DNA of 64,000 bases from Bacillota bacterium. Its GTDB lineage: Bacteria; Bacillota; JAAYKD01. The translations under genes and the position numbers were made by a program. Shown in pieces: positions 9,165 through 16,949 of this stretch. The notes under the pieces are model-generated. The model was given only the letters and a program-made list of their open reading frames with translations. It did not search any database and was not told the origin of the DNA. The stretch is from assembly GCA_036744005.1 (NCBI GenBank), contig DAINOJ010000011.1:4282-68281 (forward strand). Direction: 5' to 3'. The first letter of the stretch is position 1, and the number at the start of each line of letters is the position of its first letter.

Positions 9165-9202
9165 CAAAAACCCTCCCTCAAATGAGGGAGGGAAATTTTT
9201 GT
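9165..9202 (-). terminator. intrinsic terminator
   Basis: CCCTCCCTCA-aat-GAGGGAGGG hairpin followed by TTTTTG on the minus strand, after the stop at 9212. Confidence 0.55.
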
Positions 9203-9211
9203 TGTTGTTTG

Positions 9212-10255
9212 TTATTTTGCCACGGTGAACGCTTCAGCGACAACAGCTAAGTACTCGGTTACGTTAACAGTAACAGAAGCTAGGACATCTTTATCGGTCG
9301 GATAGCCTTTTTCGTCAACAGCAAATTTGCTGATTTGATCTGCAGTTTTGCCAACCATCCATTTTGCTAAGGCATTGGCTTGCTCATACCATTCTTTGGA
9401 GATGCCAGAAGACTTCTTCATGTTATACGCTTCTTTGAGTTCTTGTTTGGTCTTCAGTTCGTCTTCTCTGTTGGTGACAACGCCTTTGGCGTCAAATTTG
9501 ATTTTGACTTGAGCGGTATCAATCACAACTCCGACAACTTTGCCATCTTTATCTGTGGCTACAGCAGCTACATAGGTGTCAGCTTGGGCTAAGGGAAGGG
9601 TTTCTTTTCCATCTACCATGGAATAGCCTTTGGACTTGTTGATTAAGGTTTTAACGCCCAAACCCGCTTTAACGCCATCTTTTACTTCAATGGCATCGGT
9701 CCAAGCTTGTTCAACGGCTTGAATATAACCGGTAACGTTCATGGTTACTTTAGCAACCATATCTTTGTCGGTTGGATATCCATCTTTGTCTACAGGCATC
9801 GCTTTGACTTGTTCGATGGTTTTGCCAATCATCCAAGCTTCAATCGCAGCCATTTGTTCGTTCCATTCTTTTTGAATGCCGGAAGCTTTCTTCATGCCAT
9901 AATCTGCACCCAAATCGGTTTTAGATTTGACTTCGGCAGCAACATCAGATGTGACAGCTAAGGCAGCATCAAACGCGATTTTGGTTTGGGCGGTGTCGAT
10001 GTCGACACTGAGAATCTTGCCATCTTTGTCGAAACCGACAGCAGCAATGGTGACATCGGCTTGACCAACAGCCGTGACGCCCTCAGCAGCATCTTTGGAT
10101 TTGGCGATGGACAGAACAGAACCAAGGCCTAATTTCACGATGGTAGGAGTCGGTGCAGGGGTCGGAGTCGGGGTTGGTGCCGGGGTTTGGTTACAACCAG
10201 CAAATAAGCCAATCGCCATGACCAGAACCAAAACGATAGATAAAGTCTTTTTCAT
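9212..10255 (-). CDS. PplA-like surface lipoprotein with two tandem FMN-binding (FMN_bind) domains
   Basis: Signal peptide and lipobox (LFAGC). Pro/Thr/Ala linker (PTPTPTPAPTPT). Two repeated about-150-aa modules, each ending ...EW.EQ...W..GKT..Q......D..GYPTDKD. Each domain carries the Thr/Ser flavinylation context. Confidence 0.8.
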   Translation of the reverse strand: MKKTLSIVLVLVMAIGLFAGCNQTPAPTPTPTPAPTPTIVKLGLGSVLSIAKSKDAAEGVTAVGQADVTIAAVGFDKDGKILSVDIDTAQTKIAFDAALAVTSDVAAEVKSKTDLGADYGMKKASGIQKEWNEQMAAIEAWMIGKTIEQVKAMPVDKDGYPTDKDMVAKVTMNVTGYIQAVEQAWTDAIEVKDGVKAGLGVKTLINKSKGYSMVDGKETLPLAQADTYVAAVATDKDGKVVGVVIDTAQVKIKFDAKGVVTNREDELKTKQELKEAYNMKKSSGISKEWYEQANALAKWMVGKTADQISKFAVDEKGYPTDKDVLASVTVNVTEYLAVVAEAFTVAK

Positions 10256-10286
10256 TTTTGTCCCTCCAATAAATTTTGTGGCTCAA

Positions 10287-10326
10287 ACAACGTTCTTATT
10301 ATAGCACGCAAGCTAACTTTTGGCAA
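10287..10326 (-). promoter_or_regulatory. sigma-A-like promoter for the FMN-binding lipoprotein gene
   Basis: Minus-strand TTGCCA - 17 nt - TATAAT, about 35 nt upstream of the start codon. Confidence 0.45.
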
Positions 10327-10473
10327 GTTATTTGTAAATTTTTTCTCGAAGTAAAATATCGTTTTTCTGGTAACTCTTGGCTAAAATACTACTATTTTCA
10401 CAAAAAGACAACTATTTGTGATTATCGTAACAATGATTTATTGTATTTTTGACATATGTCAGTAAACCACGGG

Positions 10474-10905
10474 TTACCACTCCTCATAGACGATTTCGTC
10501 GGTCCGGATACGCTCTGCCAAGTTTTTTATATTACGTTCAATCACCTCAATAATGATTTTGAACTCCTCGTCGCTTTTCCCTGTGGGATCTTCCAATCCC
10601 CAGTTTTCCTCATAACCGGCAGGGAAAAACGGGCAATACACGTTGCATCCCATTTTAATGACGATATCACATTCGGGCAATTCGGTGAGAAGCTTCGAGG
10701 TTTGAGTGGCTTCCATATCGATTTCATAGATTTCTTTCATCAAACGCACCGCATCTTGGTTGATTTGTGGCTTGGTTTCGGTTCCCCCGGAGTAGCTTTC
10801 GAAGATATTGGCTGCAAACCGCTTTCCCAAAGCTTCGGCAATTTGACTTCTGCAAGAATTGTGTACACAGACAAAGGCCACCTTAGGTTTCGGTCTCATA
10901 TGCAT
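10474..10905 (-). CDS. arsC: arsenate reductase / low-molecular-weight phosphotyrosine phosphatase family (thioredoxin-coupled ArsC type)
   Basis: CVHNSCRSQ P-loop with catalytic Cys. About 143 aa from MHMRPK. Confidence 0.7.
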   Translation of the reverse strand: MHMRPKPKVAFVCVHNSCRSQIAEALGKRFAANIFESYSGGTETKPQINQDAVRLMKEIYEIDMEATQTSKLLTELPECDIVIKMGCNVYCPFFPAGYEENWGLEDPTGKSDEEFKIIIEVIERNIKNLAERIRTDEIVYEEW

Positions 10906-10921
10906 TCTCCTTTTGTATCTT

Positions 10922-12178
10922 TTAGAAAGCACCGTTTGGAATGGACTTCACCACATACGGTCTCTTGGGATTCATGTTCGATATCACCAAATCTGCATTC
11001 TCTTTGGGATGATGTTCCGCAACATATCTTTTCTGTAACGGAATGTACTTGGTTTTGTATCTCTCCAAGAACTCCACCCCATAGAGTGGAACATCTCGTT
11101 CTTCTGCTCTTCGTAGGACTTCCTCGAATGTGATATCCAGATACACTTTCGTATCGATGTATGAATTCAAAGGAGGCCGAAACAAATACACACCTTCTAC
11201 TATCAGGAGGGTGTGGGGGCCAAGGTTCACCTTCACTCTTTTATCAAACAGGTCGGTCTTCAAATTCAAGCAGAGGATTTCTGTCTCGCATCTTCCCTGC
11301 TCAAGAAGTGGTTGTAGAATCTCTCGAATTAATTTTTGTGTATCAAATCCATGTAAGTAGTACGATTCCTTTTCATTTCCTGCGCTACGAATCGCCTTTG
11401 GTTGATGAAAATCGTCCATGCTCACCACTTCTGCTTCTAAACCAATGGCTCTCAAATAGCGCTGATAATTCCGCGCAAACGTTGTTTTCCCGGAGGTGTC
11501 TACTCCGTTCACACCCAGTATTCTTGCCTTGGGTGTCCGTAACCATGTCTTCGTTAGATCATCCATGACCTGGACTTGTTGTACAAAATCCAAAACGTCC
11601 TCTAGATTCGCAGCTCGAAAAGTAGCCGCAGAAAAATCATCCTGTGCTCCAAATCCGTGTGAGACACCGATGGAAGGAAGATGATTCTCGTAGGCGGCCA
11701 TGAAATCGATGAGGGTATCACCCACCAAGACCGCGGTTTCTCCGGTTCTTAAAAAAGATGCGATTGCCGCTCCTTTACTCCGGAAAGGCCGTGCACTCAC
11801 AATCGTCTGAAAGTATTTGGCAATACCATTTTGATGTAGTACAGATTGCATAAAGGCATCGTTTCCCGTCGAGCACACAGACAGCCGGTGCCCCTGCTCT
11901 TTGAGTCGGCTCAAAACCTCTTTGGTTCTAGGAAACAAGTCTCCCCCTTGAGTATGTTGCTTTTCATACTCCAGAAATAACGTTTTCAATTCTTTGTAGT
12001 CTGCTAATTGAGGAAAGAGTGTTTTCAAATAGGTATCCATATCCTGATGCAATAGCTGGTATACTTCGGCCTCATCGGGATACGGTAATCCCAAGCGATC
12101 ACTGATTTGCCTTAAAGCCGACATCACACTCAAACCCGGCTGATACAGGGTTCCATATAAATCAAAAATGATATGCAT
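10922..12178 (-). CDS. fusion protein: N-terminal HAD-family phosphatase + C-terminal P-loop nucleoside/uridine-kinase-like domain
   Basis: N-terminal DxD-type HAD motif (IIFDLYGTL) and ...VGDTLIDF. C-terminal Walker A GVNGVDTSGKTT, with uridine-kinase/PRK-like topology. Confidence 0.7.
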   Translation of the reverse strand: MHIIFDLYGTLYQPGLSVMSALRQISDRLGLPYPDEAEVYQLLHQDMDTYLKTLFPQLADYKELKTLFLEYEKQHTQGGDLFPRTKEVLSRLKEQGHRLSVCSTGNDAFMQSVLHQNGIAKYFQTIVSARPFRSKGAAIASFLRTGETAVLVGDTLIDFMAAYENHLPSIGVSHGFGAQDDFSAATFRAANLEDVLDFVQQVQVMDDLTKTWLRTPKARILGVNGVDTSGKTTFARNYQRYLRAIGLEAEVVSMDDFHQPKAIRSAGNEKESYYLHGFDTQKLIREILQPLLEQGRCETEILCLNLKTDLFDKRVKVNLGPHTLLIVEGVYLFRPPLNSYIDTKVYLDITFEEVLRRAEERDVPLYGVEFLERYKTKYIPLQKRYVAEHHPKENADLVISNMNPKRPYVVKSIPNGAF

Positions 12179-12192
12179 GATTTTCTTCCTTG

Positions 12193-13008
12193 CTAAATCA
12201 ACCGTAGAATTTGCTTTAAAGCATAGGCAATGCCGTCGTCGTTGTTGCTTAATGTCACGTGGGTGGCCAATGATTTGACATGATCATAGGCATTCCCCAT
12301 GGCAATACTGTTTGGATATGCCGACAACATCTCCACATCGTTTACATCGTCACCAAAGACGGCGATTTCTTTTTTATTTAAGCGTAGTTGCTGACGTATG
12401 TATTCAATTCCCTTGGCTTTATTGACCGTTTCATCGATGATTTGCACCAATTTCCCTTCATCTGTCCAGTACAGCTGTGCACTACTTAAGCAATTTGTCC
12501 GCAAACACTGCACCAGTTCTTCCGGAACCGGACGTTTGGCGTCCACAAAATTGTCATAGAACACGAGCATTTTCACCGTATGATCCATAACTTCCTGATT
12601 GAGGGGTACAATCTCATCGGCTCGAATCCCCCAACGGTCGAAGTGCTTTTCTGCAATTGGATGACGAAATGCGTGCTTATTGTTCACCGACTGCAACGAA
12701 ATATTCAAACCCTCATAGGGTTCAATCGCTTCTAAACACTCTTTCACGACATGTGGTTTCACAAAATGATATAAATCATTGTCCTTTAGGCGCACGCACG
12801 CACCGTTACAGAACACCCCACCGTCGAACAACTCCAACATGTCCGGAGTGAATCCCAACGTTTTATGTAAGGTGGGTGGTCTGGCCGTGGCGATGTAGAG
12901 TTGAATTCCTTTTTCTTTACAAAGGCGTAATGCAGCACGGCTTTCTTGGGTAATTTGTTTGTTGGCATCGAGAAGAGTGCCATCTAAATCGAAAAAGAGA
13001 GCTTTCAT
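12193..13008 (-). CDS. Cof-type HAD-IIB family hydrolase
   Basis: FFDLDGTLL N-terminal motif and GDDVNDVEML C-terminal motif. Confidence 0.8.
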   Translation of the reverse strand: MKALFFDLDGTLLDANKQITQESRAALRLCKEKGIQLYIATARPPTLHKTLGFTPDMLELFDGGVFCNGACVRLKDNDLYHFVKPHVVKECLEAIEPYEGLNISLQSVNNKHAFRHPIAEKHFDRWGIRADEIVPLNQEVMDHTVKMLVFYDNFVDAKRPVPEELVQCLRTNCLSSAQLYWTDEGKLVQIIDETVNKAKGIEYIRQQLRLNKKEIAVFGDDVNDVEMLSAYPNSIAMGNAYDHVKSLATHVTLSNNDDGIAYALKQILRLI

Positions 13009-13058
13009 GGTTCGTTTCTCCTTAGGTATGGATTACGAAGCAAACATTCGCCTTTGTA

Positions 13059-14255
13059 TTATAACACAGGAATCAGAAACCCCGCAACCAAAGTCAACAG
13101 AACCAAAATAGGTGCTGGTATCTTCTTTGACCATAAGATGAGTATGGACAATACGGTAACGACAAGGTTGTCCACGGTCAATCCGCTTTTCTGCATCAGG
13201 TTGATCGCTGCTGCTGCGATGAATCCACCGGCAACAGCATTGACCCCTTTTAAAGATTCCTTAATCCCACGCATTTGTTTTAAATTTTCCCAAATGGGGT
13301 ACACAAAGAAGATGAGTAATACGCCCGGTAAAAAGATACCGATTCCTCCTGCAGTGGCTCCGGCCAGTTGGAATAACACACTGCCACCTCGGGCGGCCAT
13401 GCCCCCAGCATACGCACTAAAGCTAAACATAGGACCCGGAAATCCCTGGACCAAACCAAACCCGGTTAGGAACTCCTGGTTGGTCATAAACTGGTTGATT
13501 TCTACGAGTTCACTGTGCATTAATGGCACGACCACTTGACCACCACCTATGACCAAGTATCCATATCGATAAAAACTTTCAAACAACTGAATGATTCTCG
13601 AATCGGAAACAGCCCTCAAGAATAAACCACCTAGAGCAAACCCCAGAAACGCGAAGAAATATCCCCAAGGAGGATTCAATTGCACCTTGTTCCAAAGATT
13701 CTTTTCTCGACTTTGTGCAATACTAACCAAACCACCGGCAATCAACAAGCCAGGGAAAATCCAAGGGAATTTGAAGTAATACGAACCGACCATGGCGGCA
13801 AAGAATAGCATCCAGGTCATACGATCACTCAGTACTTTGCGCCCAATATTGACAGCTGCCACCGCAATAAACCCCACCGCCATGGGACCAATGTATCGTA
13901 AAGCATTCGTAGACATGTGATGATCTTGTAAAAACTGTCCTAAAAAAGAAAGCAGGGTCATGAGAACCAAAACCGGTAATGCCCAAACCAGCAAGGTTAA
14001 GAAAGCCAACAAGGGCCCTCCCTTTTTGTAGCCAATGGCCACAATCGTTTGAGTGCTACTGGGACCCGGTAAAAAGGTGCAGAGAGCAATGAGCTCCACG
14101 AGCTCTTCTTCCGTAATATAGTGCTTCTTGGTAATCATCTGGTCCGTAATCACACCATAATGTGCTTCAGGACCACCATAAGCTCCCAAAGAGACCATGA
14201 AGACATCCCAGAGAAATGTGCGCCAGTCTAAACGATCTTGATTCATCGTTAACAC
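13059..14255 (-). CDS. chrA: chromate transporter (ChrA, duplicated CHR domains)
   Basis: 398 aa. GAYGGPEAH...LPGPSSTQ in the first half and a GGGQVVVP-type repeat in the second half. Confidence 0.85.
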   Translation of the reverse strand: MLTMNQDRLDWRTFLWDVFMVSLGAYGGPEAHYGVITDQMITKKHYITEEELVELIALCTFLPGPSSTQTIVAIGYKKGGPLLAFLTLLVWALPVLVLMTLLSFLGQFLQDHHMSTNALRYIGPMAVGFIAVAAVNIGRKVLSDRMTWMLFFAAMVGSYYFKFPWIFPGLLIAGGLVSIAQSREKNLWNKVQLNPPWGYFFAFLGFALGGLFLRAVSDSRIIQLFESFYRYGYLVIGGGQVVVPLMHSELVEINQFMTNQEFLTGFGLVQGFPGPMFSFSAYAGGMAARGGSVLFQLAGATAGGIGIFLPGVLLIFFVYPIWENLKQMRGIKESLKGVNAVAGGFIAAAAINLMQKSGLTVDNLVVTVLSILILWSKKIPAPILVLLTLVAGFLIPVL

Positions 14256-14439
14256 CTCTTTTGCTTTGCGTTATACATATACATAGATTTGCATCGTTTG
14301 TTCCATTCATCCATGTGATATCAGATTGGATACTATAAAAATTTCTCACTGTCTATTGAGAATCCTTTGCACTTAACATCTAATTTATACAAATATTCCA
14401 TGGTTTTGATGATTCAAACAGAAGAAGTATTGTCATCCA

Positions 14440-14493
14440 TACAAAAGAATCCCCTTTGTTCTACTCGTGAAAAAAGCTTGAACAGAGGGGATT
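14440..14493 (-). terminator. intrinsic terminator (long stem)
   Basis: AATCCCCTTTGTTC ... GAACAGAGGGGATT inverted repeat just downstream (on minus) of the flavodoxin gene stop at 14498. Confidence 0.4.
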
Positions 14494-14497
14494 CAGT

Positions 14498-14968
14498 TTA
14501 TTGAAAAATATTTGCTAGTTGTTCCAATTCCGGCCAGCGGATGGCCTCTTGTTCATCGGTCACTTTCGCGATGGTTTTGACCATGAGTTTATGCATGAAA
14601 CTCATCTTCTTTAAGGGATACGCACCACCTAGCCACACCAATGGTTTGGCATGTTTCTTTAGAGATTCCGAGAAGTTATTCTGAAGTTGGTTACTCATCT
14701 CTTTCTCTTGCATGCCACATAGGAAGAGTGCAAGCGGTTTTCGAAGTAGTTCGTCTTCATGGCTTTTTAAATACGCTTCCGCTGCCGGTTGAATCTTTCC
14801 AACATACACAGAAGCACCAACTATAACCGCATCAAATTCTTGAAGATTCGGTTCTGGATACCTCTTAAGGTCAAAGGATTGGCTTCCCTGACCAATGGCA
14901 GCGACCAATGCTTCTGCGCACCTCTGTGTGGTTCCATAAGTGGTAGTATATAAAACGGCTGTTTTCAT
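14498..14968 (-). CDS. flavodoxin-like protein (HemG/flavodoxin domain)
   Basis: True start is ATG at 14968 (MKTAVLYTTTYGTTQ) with an AGGAGGA ribosome-binding site. The longer 281-aa ORF in the track is an out-of-frame upstream extension. Confidence 0.75.
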   Translation of the reverse strand: MKTAVLYTTTYGTTQRCAEALVAAIGQGSQSFDLKRYPEPNLQEFDAVIVGASVYVGKIQPAAEAYLKSHEDELLRKPLALFLCGMQEKEMSNQLQNNFSESLKKHAKPLVWLGGAYPLKKMSFMHKLMVKTIAKVTDEQEAIRWPELEQLANIFQ

Positions 14969-14976
14969 GAGTCCTC

Positions 14977-15360
14977 CTATTTTATGGCATTGGCAATGGA
15001 TTGTAGATACGCTTTCGAGGTGATAGTGGCTCCAGCGACGACATCCACACCAGTGGTTTGTTTTTGCATCACTTGCACAAAAATCTTTTCGGCTAAGTCC
15101 TTCATGGGAAACATCACATCCTGATCCAAATGGATTTCTGTAATCTTTCCATTTTGAACGTAAACAGTCACCTGATTGCTCCAGCGACCTTGGCTTGTCT
15201 TTCCTACATATTCTCCGTCCGCTAGGTTTTTCGCGCTGAATACCGGAATATCGACCGCTGCGCCTTCTTTCACTCCTGCGTTGATGTACGCCAACCCGGC
15301 AAGCGCAAGGACAACAAGTATAGCAGCAACGATGGCAAGCCACTTCATGACTTTCTTCAA
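14977..15360 (-). CDS. membrane-anchored FMN-binding domain protein
   Basis: N-terminal TM anchor followed by an FMN_bind domain (GATITSKAYLQSIANAI). Confidence 0.75.
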   Translation of the reverse strand: MKKVMKWLAIVAAILVVLALAGLAYINAGVKEGAAVDIPVFSAKNLADGEYVGKTSQGRWSNQVTVYVQNGKITEIHLDQDVMFPMKDLAEKIFVQVMQKQTTGVDVVAGATITSKAYLQSIANAIK

Positions 15361-15518
15361 GGATAACCCTTCTTTCTCGAAAACGTTGGTTTTAAACCGT
15401 TCTCATCATAACGATTTGGAAATATTATGTCAAACGAAATATTTCGTCAGATTTTCCATTTTTTTGCAAAACAAGAGACACCTCGTCTGAAGTGCCTCTT
15501 GTCAAATATGAAGGGCTT

Positions 15519-16205
15519 CTACTCCCCTTTTTCTTTATGGTCACAGAACCCTGCAGCAATATGTGATGCATCACAGAAGGGCATATCTTTCGACTGCCCG
15601 CACCGGCACAAGGTGATTCGGTTCCTGATTTCATAGGCACTCCCATCGGCAGAAAAAATGGGGATTCCACCTCGAACGTACAGGGGACCACTGACACCCT
15701 TCTCCGGGTCTTGCAAGAGTACGATGCCTGGCTCCAATTCGGGTTCATGTTCGTAGCCATCTTTCTCTTGGATGACGAGTCGTCCCGATGGACACAAGTT
15801 CGAGCCTTCTATGGCTTCAAGTCGATCTTCCTCTTTATCGGAGCACTCTACTAAGTCCCAAACTTCCCCTGGCTGCCGATGACATAAACGAGACAACGAG
15901 CAGCGGTGGTCATCGAGTAAATCCACGGTCTTACCAACCAACAACTCTGCCCGTTGGTGAAATCCCTCTTTGGAAGCGACTTCTTCGTGGCAAAACTCTT
16001 CGTGCATATGACTTCCGTCGCAATACGGAAAGTTTTTGGACTTTCCGCATCGGCATAACGTATAGGTTTGAGTGAGTGGGAAATCCCTTCCCTTTTCGTA
16101 ATGATAGCTCTTCCCTTCGGGAACGATGATTTCCTCGCTGAGGGGGACTCCACCGGTAACCAAATAAGGCCCTCGTTTGAGGATTTTGATTTGCATTTTG
16201 TTCAT
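15519..16205 (-). CDS. CDGSH iron-sulfur domain protein (two CDGSH-type [2Fe-2S] zinc-finger-like domains)
   Basis: Two C-X-C-X2-(S/T)-X3-P-X-C-D-G-(S/A)-H motifs (CRCGKSKNFPYCDGSH and CRCGQSKDMPFCDASH). Confidence 0.8.
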   Translation of the reverse strand: MNKMQIKILKRGPYLVTGGVPLSEEIIVPEGKSYHYEKGRDFPLTQTYTLCRCGKSKNFPYCDGSHMHEEFCHEEVASKEGFHQRAELLVGKTVDLLDDHRCSLSRLCHRQPGEVWDLVECSDKEEDRLEAIEGSNLCPSGRLVIQEKDGYEHEPELEPGIVLLQDPEKGVSGPLYVRGGIPIFSADGSAYEIRNRITLCRCGQSKDMPFCDASHIAAGFCDHKEKGE

Positions 16206-16243
16206 GTCAAAAAAGCCGTCCTTTGATTTGTTTTCTTCTTATT

Positions 16244-16897
16244 TCAACGTGACGGCTTATTCTCCTTTTTCATCGGAATACAAACATAAAACACCGCTCG
16301 TGTGTTGACTTGTACCATCTGAACCTCTGAAAAACATGGTTCCAATTGGGAATAACATTGTCTCATCTCGTTTTCGGCATGATGGATGAAGTGAAAGTAG
16401 TCTCCTCCCTCTAGCCATTCAATCATGTTGGTCCAAAAGGCACGATTGTTGTTATAGTCGTAGATGATGACTTTTCGTTTTGTCACTCGGCTCATTTCGG
16501 CATACATTTTCTGGCGTTGCTCTTGAGGCATGCCGTGTGCAACAAACGACGCAATGGACACATCGAATGAGTTCTCCGGAAAGGGCAATGTTTGTGTCGC
16601 ATCTGCCACACAGAAACGAATTCCCTTGTTTTCAGGTTTTCTCTTGCCGATTTCCAGCATTCGTTCTGCCGGGTCCATTCCGGTGACCTCATAACCCAAA
16701 CTATGCAGAGCAGAACATAAGGCACCGGTTCCACAGCCCACATCGAGAATGGTTTTCACTTCTACTAAACCGATTAGCTCTCCCAAGCGCTTCATCACAC
16801 TCAAAAAGTGTCGTCGTTGCATGGGGTAGAAGAGACCGTAGAAGAACGAAATTTTATTAAACAAAGAGCCGGGTTTTTTACTGGACAAAGGCCTCAC
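16244..16897 (-). CDS. class I SAM-dependent methyltransferase
   Basis: VLDVGCGTG motif I plus downstream acidic motif II. Confidence 0.8.
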   Translation of the reverse strand: MRPLSSKKPGSLFNKISFFYGLFYPMQRRHFLSVMKRLGELIGLVEVKTILDVGCGTGALCSALHSLGYEVTGMDPAERMLEIGKRKPENKGIRFCVADATQTLPFPENSFDVSIASFVAHGMPQEQRQKMYAEMSRVTKRKVIIYDYNNNRAFWTNMIEWLEGGDYFHFIHHAENEMRQCYSQLEPCFSEVQMVQVNTRAVFYVCIPMKKENKPSR

Positions 16898-16904
16898 CTC
16901 CCTA

Positions 16905-16948
16905 GAAAAACCGCCGATTCACCGTTATGGTGTGAATCGGCGTGTTTG
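16905..16948 (-). terminator. intrinsic terminator after nrdD
   Basis: CGCCGATTCAC ... GTGAATCGGCG hairpin followed by GTTTTTCT on the minus strand. Confidence 0.55.
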
Positions 16949-16949
16949 T

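Noticed and set aside
10130-10180. GT-rich short tandem repeats (possible microsatellite/CRISPR-like)
   Set aside because: They lie in-frame inside the lipoprotein gene and encode the (PT)n/(PA)n linker. No spacer-repeat periodicity. No CRISPR array anywhere in the window.
10456-11133. 225-aa plus-strand ORF
   Set aside because: Antisense shadow of the arsC and HAD-kinase genes. No ribosome-binding site and no recognisable domain.
14498-15343. 281-aa ORF in track suggesting a large Cys/Arg-rich protein
   Set aside because: The N-terminal 125 codons overlap the FMN_bind gene (14977-15360) in another frame and encode low-complexity Cys/Arg sequence. A strong AGGAGGA ribosome-binding site plus ATG at 14968 gives a clean 156-aa flavodoxin-like protein.
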